Of a DNA stretch of 64,000 bases, positions 54,612-64,000 are shown one piece after another. The first letter of the stretch is position 1. Each line of letters starts with the position of its first letter. Location of the stretch: assembly GCA_030295235.1 (NCBI GenBank), contig AP026180.1:62001-126000 (forward strand), written 5' to 3'. The notes under the pieces were generated by a model, which had not been told where the DNA came from, searched no databases, and saw nothing but the letters and a program-made list of their open reading frames with translations. The stretch comes from Fistulifera solaris (lineage: Eukaryota). The position numbers were made by a program, and so were the translations under genes.

Positions 54612-55926
54612 ATTATTCCAGAATTTTTGAAACGTCCGTGAAATTTCTGCAAGATAAAAAATACTCCGTAATAGAACTGGTCCAGAAATTCTGGACCAGA
54701 CACACAGAATTGCTGTATGACGATGACAACAACAATTCCAGAATTTCTGGAAAGTCCGTGGAATTGAAACCTGACACACTGAATTGCTGTATGACGGTCG
54801 TCTCTCTAGACGTTTTGGAACGTGCCCAGCCTTTCGGTAGATCGGAAAACACTGGTCCAGAAATTCTGGACCAGTCACACAGAATTTCTGTATAATAAGA
54901 GATTACTAATCCAGAATTTCTGGAATTAAATTTTCTTTCATTTATGTTCGGAAACATACTTTCCAGAGTTTCTGGAGTATGCGCTTTCTTTCGTGTTTGG
55001 CCCAAACACCGTCGCCAGAAGTTTTAATCCAGAATTTCTGGGAATTCAATTTTCTTTCATTTATGTTCGGAAACACACTTTCCAGAGTTTTTGAATATGC
55101 AATTGCTTTCGATTAGATCCCAAACACCGTGTCCAGAAGTTTTGGAACGTGCACAGCCTTTCGGTACATCGAAAAACACTGGTCCAGAATTTCTGGACCA
55201 GACACACAGAATTTCTGTATGCTTAGAGAAAACTAATCCAGAATTTCTGGAAAATAAAGTTTCGTTCGTTCTGATCCGAAACACAATTTCCAGAGTTTCT
55301 GGAGTATGCGCTTTCTTTCGATATGATCCCAACCACCGTCTCCAGAAGTTTTGGAACGTGCACAGCCTTTCGGTAGATCGAAAAACACTGTCACACAGAA
55401 TTTCTGGACCAATCACACAGAATTTCAGTATGATTAGAGATAACTAATCCAGAATTTCGGGAAAATCAATTTTTGTGCATTATGATCTGAAACACGATTT
55501 CCAGAGTTTCTGGCGTATGCGCTTTCTTTCGATAAGATCCCAAACACCGTCTCAAGAAGTCTTGGAACGTGCAGAGCCTTTCGGAGGGATCGAAAAACAC
55601 TGGTCCAGAATTTCTGGACCAGACACACAGAATTTCTGTATGCTTAGAGAAAACTAATCCAGAATTTCTGGAAAATAAAGTTTCGTTCGTTCTGATCCGA
55701 AACACAATTTCCAGAGTTTCTGGAGTATGCGCTTTCTTTCGATATGATCCCAACCACCGTCTCCAGAAGTTTTGGAACGTGCACAGCCTTTCGGTAGATC
55801 GAAAAACACTGTCACACAGAATTTCTGGACCAATCACACAGAATTTCTGTATGGTTAGAGATTTTTTAATCCAGAATTTCTGGAACTTCCGTGGAATTTC
55901 TGTAAACCCTCCAGAATTTCTGGAGC
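54612..55926. repeat. Palindrome-rich tandem array, ~210-bp unit with ~420-bp higher-order repeat
   Basis: CTGGTCCAGAAWTTCTGGACCAG (23-bp palindrome) at 54677, 54852, 55179, 55599, with variants at ~55388 and ~55809. Many TCCAGAATTTCTGGA copies. 55170-55430 is almost identical to 55590-55850. Confidence 0.95.
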
Positions 55927-56172
55927 ACAAGGACGTTGCACGAAAATTCGCGAACCAATCAGATCGTGAAGAAATAATAATGCGGTACGTTGTTGCCCCG
56001 CTGGATTTTTCTTCGCCCTCACGATAAAGGTTTGCTGCCACAGAATCATTCTGCCTATAACTTTTGTCATCCATAGCTTGACTTGATTCAAAAGCGAGTC
56101 GAGTGGTCTTACCAAGGGTCGATTTAAAAGCTTTTTCGATTGCCTGTTGGGCGCTAACGGCGGTAACAGAAA

Positions 56173-59100
56173 ATGGGCGTTCACGGATGGCCCTCTTTTC
56201 TCGTCGACTCGGAAATTCTTCCGCAATTGCCGAAAAATCCGATCGACTTGTTTGCGCTCGGCAACGCGGCGACGGCAGTCAGTCCTGTCATTCCTTCAAA
56301 TGTCGTGTTGCACATCGATGGGAGCGGGTTGGTGTACCAGCTGTTTCTGGTGGCTTCCGCACGTTATCAGCAGGGACCGTCGAAGGATCCTCTACCGGAT
56401 ACCTTTATGCCGCTGACTTACTTGGAGAAAGTTACACAGGAATTTATTACCAAATTGCAACAAGGAAAATACTCTTTCAAGATCTACTGGGATGGAGATC
56501 TTCGTCCGAAGTACAAGGCGCGAGAAGCCAAACGAAGAAAGCAGAAGCGCGATGAGGAGTGGTCGAACTTGTACGACTTTATTCAGACGGGACGAGTGCT
56601 CAACAACGATCAACGGAATTATCCTCTACCCCCTCTAGCTTTCACGCAAGTGAAATTGTCACTAAGGGAATACTCGATCTTTTGCAAAGGAGAAGCTGAT
56701 TATGAAATAGCCAAAGCTGCGATGCAGGCAGAACCGCAATCGTTGCAAGTCGTGGTGGGCAATGATTCCGACTTTTCGTTTTTCCGAGGAATATCCTACT
56801 TGCCCTTTAGTACATTGGCTTGGAATCCTTCCACACACACTCTACACGGGACGTGTATTCGGCGATCCGAGCTAATCAAAAAGCTAGATCTACCGGATGA
56901 AGCGGCACTAGTGGAAGTTGCTCTTGCTCTGGGAAATGATTTCGTTTCACCGGTTCTTTCCATCAATGAAGGAAAAAAGATCGAAAATAAGATTGCTTTC
57001 TTGCGTTCAAAGCCGGTTGGATATCAACTGCCCCCTGACTTGAAAGTGATTCCGCGCAAAGATGATGATGAGCCTTGGACACAGACCGAACTGGAAAACG
57101 CGATGGGGTTTTGTCGTCGATGGTACGACTTGGGGGAAATTGACGCTGATGACTGGTATGCACCCGAGCCAGAAGATACACTGATTCAAGTAGTTGATGA
57201 AGAAGTGGGGGATGTCATGTTCGTTCGACCTCAAGATGATCGCGTGCTGCCGGTCTTGCCATTCAAGGTGAGCAAGAAAACAGTGAAGTTCCGCCCTATT
57301 AAGGACAAATCTATGATCACTCCTGTTGCCAGGTGTTTGAACGAAGCTCTGGTGGACCGTAAAAGAATGGCGAAAACGGCGATCCATTTCTGTTACATCA
57401 GCTCCATATTCAGCTGTTGTCTACACTGTCCGTGTCCTCAAAACGGAAAGCCATCACGGAACGACCGACGTGGGATGATGTGACGTTGACCTATTGGATA
57501 GAAACCATACTTTCGAAAGCGTTCGATGCTAGCATGGATCTGAAAATGGCTCGTATCTTTAGACCAAGCAATACCTTCGACGCCGGCACTTATTTTTGGC
57601 TTTTGCAAAAGTCGCGCGAGAAGCTAACTGGAAAGTCAAAGGCGAAGAAAAAGGACGATAGTGAAGAGAAGAAAGCAGAAGAAGAAGCGTATGTACCGCA
57701 ACGATTACCGATTGACGAACACGAACAAGTTATTATAGACACTGTCAGAAAACATCGGGTATCGATTATTCAAGGAGAAACTGGTTGCGGTAAATCATCT
57801 CGCCTCCCCATTATGCTTCTAAAAGCTCCTCCACCCGACCCTGCACTTTCGGAAGTAGAAATGTTTGTTTCGCAGCCTCGGCGGATCGCAGCGAAGGCTC
57901 TAGTTGAACGTGTCCGGAGTATTGAACCGGAACTTGGACCGAAAATCGCTCTCCGAATGGGGCATGGAGTCCGTGAATATGAAAGTAAGCAAACCAAAGC
58001 TTGGTTCGTTACCACTGGCTACTTGGTTAGGGTACTGGCGAACGATCTGGGTCGTTTTAATACGGTCAGTCACTTAATAGTTGACGAGGTCCATGAACGG
58101 TCGGTTGATACGGATCTGCTATGCTGGCTGTGCCGGCGCCTATTGGCCTACAACCCCCACATTCGTCTCGTTCTCATGTCGGCAACGCTAGCAGCGTCGC
58201 TATATCAAGTTTATTTCGACGTGCGACATCCGCTTATTCATGTTGGAGCCAAACGATTCCCGCTGAAAGAGTACTACTTAGAAGATTTTTTGGATCCGAA
58301 ACAATTCAAACTGCCTCCGAGAGAAAAGAAGACCGTGGACGCACTAATCGCGAATTGCAAGACTACTAAATGTCGTGCTGCGCCATCTTATAACGTCATG
58401 GAAAAAGTATTTTCGTTTGTTACGTACCTGGCAACATCGCTCGGTCAGCCTGGCTCATCGGTTCTTATCTTTGTCCCCGGCATGAACGAGATCGTCTCGA
58501 TAACGGAGTTGGTTGAGCAAGTATATGTACCAGACGTCGTGTTCACTTGCTTTCCCATTCATTCCGACATTCCTTTCGAAGATCAGATGGAAGTATTTGC
58601 GCCACCCAAACCGGGGGAAATCAAAATTATGATTGCTACCAATGCAGCCGAATCCAGTGTTACGCTTCCCGACTGCGACCACGTTATCTGCCTAGGATTA
58701 TGCAAGCAGATTGTATACAACCAGTTAAGTCACAGGCAAATGCTTCTCCCTACGTGGATTTCTCGAGCGTCGGCTACACAGCGTGCTGGTCGAACATCGA
58801 GAGTTCGACCTGGTACTGTGTATCGCATGTATACTCGTGACATCTTTGAGAGGCACATGGATGAGTTCGAACCAGGAGAAATGCGACGCATTCCATTGGA
58901 CTCCGTCATACTGATGTTGAAGCAAATTGTCGAATCAGAAGAGTCGGTCAGCAAGATACTAAGCGAATGTTTGGAGCCACCTGATATGTCGACAATCGAA
59001 AGATCATATGACAGTCTACACAAGTCGCATTTCTTGACGCAGCCGGACGATGAAGGTACCATCACTAATCTCGGAAATTTCGTCGCAGCGCTGGGAATAG

Positions 59101-61146
59101 ATTTGACCCTTGGATCGCTGATAGGTGAGAACAATGTCGATCTATATTATTACACTCAACCCGGATATTTGTCTAACAATAGCTCTTCGCGCAGGTTTGG
59201 GTATTCAATTTGGCTGTGGCCCAGAAGCAGTCCAGCTTGCTGGGGTCTTATCATTTCCACAGGCCCCTTGGATTATGAGCAATTCTCTGATTCATGAACC
59301 CAGTGACTTCAATGACCAAGTCGCTAAGGCCTATGTATCGCGTTGTCACTTCGACGCAAATTTGTTCTCAGAACCACTCGCTGTGATGAATCTTATGTGG
59401 GAGTATTCCCATGCGCCGAGAAAAGGTAGTTTCTGTCGTCAATATTCTTTGTACGAACCTCGACTTCGACGCATGGTAAACGTATGCGAAAATCTTCAGA
59501 GGCGTGTTGCCGATTTCATACAGCTTCCCGCGACAGCTCTCGACTTGGAAGCACCACCGGTTTTTATGCCTCATGCTAAGATCTGTTTGTTGCGAATCCT
59601 ACAGGCATGGGTGTTTCACGACAGTGTCATTCAAAGTAGTCCTCGTGAACATTCCGGCGGTGCATCGGAAGATGCGTATGCCATAGAACTACTCAAGAAG
59701 AGTGATCCGATTGAAAATAAACACCTTCAGAAGTTACTCCACCCTAAGAGACACCCTTATCAGCTGCAGAAGGCAAAGAAAACAGAGCAGATGGGGACGT
59801 TCTCACTGGGTGATAAAGGTTTCGATGTTGAGGCTTTTCACGAGCGAATGTTATCATATGGCACCGAAAAGAACCACGATGTCATATGGTGGGAGTGTAG
59901 CGGCCAACGCACCTTATGCATCCAACGAGAAGCTAGTGCCAAGTTTGCAAACCTGAGCGACAATACAACGTCTGCCTTGTCGGCGAGTTTGCAAACTGAA
60001 ATCGCGATGCGGGTGACCAATAAAACCAAAGGTCGCTCCGAAAGACCTAGTGGACTTTGGGTTATCAGTAAGAGTGGTTTGGAAAAGAAGAAAAGTGGAC
60101 TGAAAATTTGGATTTGCTATGTATTTGAGGGTAAGAGTATCAATAACAAACGCTGGAACAACATATGTTTTCACTTGGAGGAGAGAATAAAGGCGAACTC
60201 GTCGAGTGGCCTTCACATAAAGGTTTTTCACACAGAAAAGCAATCGAGTAAGGGAAGCTTTTCTTTAGATGCCTTCGGTGGCGCTATCTCAATCGTGGAT
60301 TTACAAGATATGTTTGCTTCGGCGAGCGTGCAGATTACTCGTCACAAATTGCAAGAATCGGAGCAGAGAATTGTTTTTCATCAAACAGAAAATAAGCCAC
60401 TTGGTCCTTCGGGCCAAGCGTCGGGCGACATTGCAAACTCCAGTTGGGCCCGTCCTCCTGTGCAATCAAATGCTCCCGAAGGTGCTCGATTACTCAGCGT
60501 TCTAGCTTCAGGAAGGAGAAAGGCTCACATGGTCCGGATGGACTCGGACGCTGAGAAAAATGACGGCAATGACAAAGAGTATGTGGATATGCTTTTGAAT
60601 CGCGAAAAAACGAGTTTAGCCGTGCGATGGAAACGTGCTGGCAATAATGTTTACGTGAATGAAAATTCCGTACCCGCATCCGCACTTCCTCTCGGAGGTT
60701 CTAACAGCCTTTTTTGTGTCTGTGCTAATGCACTTGAAATCAAAGGTGGAGGAGTTCGGGTTGAAGGTTTAACGCTTCTGCCTCAAGGCCGGTTCTTTTT
60801 CATGTTGTGTCGCCTTACATTTGGTTTATTCCAGGAGGCGAACCTTTTGGATGGGACTTTGATCGACAAGAGCGTTACTTGGATCACTCAAGCGAACCAA
60901 AACGAAACAGCTGATAAAAATCTTGTTCGTGAACGTGTGACAAAAGCAGTCCAGTTTCATGAGGGAGCCATTGCAATGGGCGAAGATTTAGTTTGTTACC
61001 CTGATAAAGTCGTCGAACTGTTGCAAATTTTCGATAAGGTGGATGGCCATGAAACGAAAGCCTGGAAGTCACTTTACTCCAATCCATTCACAAAGAAGAA
61101 TATCAAAAACGCGAAATATGTTAGAAAAGCTACGCCGGAATATTAA
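56173..61146 (+). CDS. PIN/XPG(FEN-like, Asteroid-type) nuclease domain fused to DEAH/RHA RNA helicase
   Basis: N-term MGVHGW..., IDGSG, YWDG, GEAD, GNDSDF, LGNDF. Helicase GETGCGKS, SQPRRIAA, DEVH, SAT, FVPG, ATNAAESSVT, QRAGRTSR, HA2-like ITNLGNFVAAL. One missing A at 57361-57364 joins the domains. Intron 59125..59194. Confidence 0.82.
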
Positions 61147-61215
61147 CTTTGTTAACAAATTACTGTAAAAGGATTGTTATTAACATATTGATTTATTTGT
61201 TCGTAAATCGTACCA

Positions 61216-62856
61216 TTAAGATAGTTCATAGAATGATTCTAATTGCCGACAAGGAGGGCAAATAAAACTGCGTTCATTGTAGTCGTCGGCATCACCTGCA
61301 ATTTCTAAACAATGAGTACAGCAAAAGTGGTTGCACAGATCGCAATAGTAACCTTGCTCTGGATCTTTCCCATCGCACGAAAAACAATCGACAGTAATAG
61401 CTGACTTCTCACCGGGTCGATAGGTGTGCATCCCGTTGGAAATATTGTATTTGCTGTACTCGCAAAGCGTGTGCTCAATTTCTTTTAAAGCGAGTCGTCT
61501 CCCGTCAAAGTACGGGAATTCGAGCCCGAGAATCTGAAATGTATTTTCTTGCAGAGCGGTCAAAGTGCGCGCGAGCTGCAGGGATTTCTCAATTCCACTT
61601 AACATCTCCAGTGATTTTTTATTTTCACAGAATATGAGCTTGAGACCCTCTATTGTTGGTCGATTGTTAGATAGTGATGCACCATTGGAGCACAAGGACA
61701 ATCGTCGATCACTTACCCTTAGCCCCCGGTCCAAGTACGCAAAAATTGTAGTCAATTTTCAGGCACCCACAAGTTTCCATGTCACATAAAATTTGCCACG
61801 CAAAGAAATCTCCCACTAACTTCATGCCCCGGAGAACGTCCAGTTTTTCTTTCGATTTTTTTGCCGCACAGAAGTTGTCGACAATCTTGTCTAACTTCTT
61901 CAGAGTAAGATTCAGTGCCATCATATACGGCTCAAAGCCACCCACATTATGTGCCCCCGTGAAAAATGCGGATGTCGCTTGACCACGATACACGCGGGCT
62001 CTCCGACTGTAGGCTTGCAAGGACGCGTCGGTCGGTTCCGCAAACCCAATGTTTTCAAACGTCTCGACACGGTTCACGAGCCGATACATGTACGAACGCC
62101 AAAGGACTTGTTTCGTCCATTCCTTATGACTCCAGGACCGCGGTATACGGCGTGGATTGTCTGTTTGTTTGTCGCTCGACGAAAAGAATAACTCCAAGAT
62201 GGACGCTTTGAGAAAAATGGTGCCCCGGTCGAGCTCCCGATAGACATTGCAAAACGAATGACGGGACATTCGTTCATTCAAAGAATACGGAAAATTTTCC
62301 GGATACTGCGTCTTTCGTTCCCACATTCGTTGTCGTTCGTACGCAAAAGATAAAATTGCAGAATGTGCAGTGACACGTGAGCGGAAAAAATTCCCGGAAT
62401 GAACGATGCCTCGTGTTGAAAGACTTTTGTTCAAGTCCTTGCAAGCCAAATAAACAGTTTGTTCGTCGAATGTCTTGTGCCTCTGTTGAATAGTTGGTTC
62501 TCTTTGGTATATCGATCATCGTCATCCGAAGGAGTTCGTCATCATCCGCTTCGATGGCAGTTTCCTCATCGCCGTCATCATAAATGATACTAACAAAGGA
62601 GCCTTCAACAAACTCTACCGTTCCATAGAAGTAAACGCCATCGAATTTCTGAATCCGAAAATCGCGTAAGTTTCGATTGCAAGCAGAGCGCAAAACTCGC
62701 TGAAAGATAAAACAACTCGCCTACCTTTTTGATTCTTTGACCGAATTGAAACGTAGGATAAGGTAACTCGCGTTTGAGGACAATGGGGCGGGATAATACC
62801 TCGTCGGCGTGTACACGAGGAAGCTGAGCATCGGAAGGATGCTTACTTGTTGACAT
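61216..62856 (-). CDS. Tudor-like + 5-hmdU DNA kinase-like helical domain (aGPT-Pplase1 clade) + PHD/ADD-like zinc finger
   Basis: Exon 1 ...FGQRIKK, intron 62649..62724, KFDGVYFYGTV...IIYDDGDEE. Core FAYERQRMW, FCNVYRELDRGT, YRLVNR.ETF, VGDFFAWQILCD, GPGAK, intron 61650..61716, EGL, EIEHTLCEYSKY. C-term CxxC-x10-CxxC-x4-CxxC-x16-CxxC. One frame change at ~62450-62510. Confidence 0.8.
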
Positions 62857-62954
62857 GCTTAGTACCTAATTGCAAAAATGGAAATGCAAGGCAAACACCG
62901 CGCACCCCGCCATCATCGTCGTCTTTATTTTCCGGCGTCAAAACTTTCCATGAG

Positions 62955-64000
62955 ACGTTGGATTTTCACTATAACGCAGAGTGTTGGTTCAAGCCAACCC
63001 AGACTGAATTGCAGTTATGAACCGAACAATAAAGGGTTCCGTTTTGCGCCTGTCGCGTCCATCAAATCTTATTCACATGAGAATAAAAATATTAGTTCGG
63101 GTAAATAGAGTCGCAGCAATGATTCTAGTGTTTCTTCGATTTTTCACCTCGAAAAACCAACGCATCGACAACGTGGATTTTCACTATGACGCGGAGTGTT
63201 GGTTTACGCTAACGAAGACTGGATTGCAACCATGAACCGAACAATAAAGGGTTCCGTTTTGCGCCTCTCGCGTCCATCCAATCTCAATCACATGAAAATA
63301 AAAATATTAGTTCGGGTAAATAGAGTCGCAGCAATGATTCTAGTGTTTCTTCAATTTTTCACCTCGAAAAGCCAACGCATCGACACCTTGAATTTTCACT
63401 ATAAGACGGAGTGTTGGTTTACGCTAACGAAGACTGGATTGCAGTCATGAACCAAACAATAAAGGGTTCCGTTTTGCGCCTGTCGCGTCCATCCAATCTT
63501 ACTCACTTGAGAATAAAAATATTAGTTCGGGTAAATAGAGTCGCAGCAATGATTCTAGTGTTTCTTCAATTTTTCACCTCGAAAAACCAACGCATCGACA
63601 ACGTGGATTTTCACTATAAGACGGAGTGCTGGTTTACGCTAACGAAGACTGGATTGCAACCATGAACCGAACAACAAAGGGTTCCGTTTTGCGCCTGTCG
63701 CGTCCATCCAAATCTCAATCACATGAAAATAAAAATATTAGTTCGGGTAAATAGAGTCGCAGCAATGATTCTAGTGTTTCTTCAATTTTTCACCTCGAAA
63801 AACCGACGGATCGACACCTTGAATTTTCACTATAAGACGGAGTGTTGGTTTACGCTAACGAAGACTGGATTGCAACCATGAACCGAACAACAAAGGGTTC
63901 CGTTTTGCGCCTTTCGCATCCGTTCAATGTCATTCGAATAAAATTATAATTACGGGTATATAGAATTGCGATAATTATGATTTTGAACGATATGTGCAAA
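62955..64000 (-). repeat. Tandem array of ~5 x 215-bp units, reverse-complement homolog of the 43.3-44.3 kb array (locus 5), reaching the window edge
   Basis: cgggtaaatagagtcgcagcaatg at 63098, 63313, 63528, 63744 and degenerate at 63953. It is the reverse complement of cattgttgcgactttatttacccg. Contains agactggattgcagtcatga. Confidence 0.95.

Noticed and set aside
54107..54612. 142-aa minus-strand ORF next to the palindromic array
   Set aside because: No recognisable motifs and a non-ATG ORF start; cannot be supported as a gene.
54576..56074. ORFs over the palindromic array, and the repeated 72-84 aa ORFs at 63017-63665 and 44106-44330
   Set aside because: By-products of tandem repeat sequence, with no recognisable protein features.

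Overview
Gene-dense eukaryotic nuclear DNA, most consistent with a pennate diatom. The basis for that call is short GT-AG introns (mostly 55-110 bp), a DUF6824 protein, diatom-type TKL-like kinases and an ASAFAP-like plastid-targeting motif. About 29 protein-coding genes are readable: AP-3 delta (partial), SNF1/AMPK alpha, Vps11, a sulfotransferase-like protein, an ATP-grasp (D-Ala-D-Ala ligase-like)+SET fusion, cytidine deaminase, a BED-finger protein, AIM24, DGAT2, a UAA nucleotide-sugar transporter, transportin-3-like, STI1/HOP, an ankyrin protein, sarcosine oxidase, two tandem kinases, YbeY, SGNH and TBL-like esterases, annexin, a flavin amine oxidase, pirin, DUF6824, a membrane protein, a PIN/XPG-like nuclease+DEAH helicase fusion, and a Tudor-like + 5-hmdU-DNA-kinase-like (aGPT-Pplase1) + PHD/ADD-like finger protein. 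Many genes carry single-base indels in homopolymer runs, most likely long-read assembly errors. Non-coding highlights are two hAT-type MITEs with perfect 8-bp target-site duplications, a palindrome-rich ~210-bp tandem array, and a dispersed family of ~210-250-bp tandem repeats. That family shares a CATGACTG-N5-CAGTC hairpin core and sits upstream of genes at five loci. The best candidate for an under-described system is the chromatin-reader-fused, phage-type DNA-hypermodification kinase homolog at the right end. All functional calls come from motif recognition by eye; no database searches were run.
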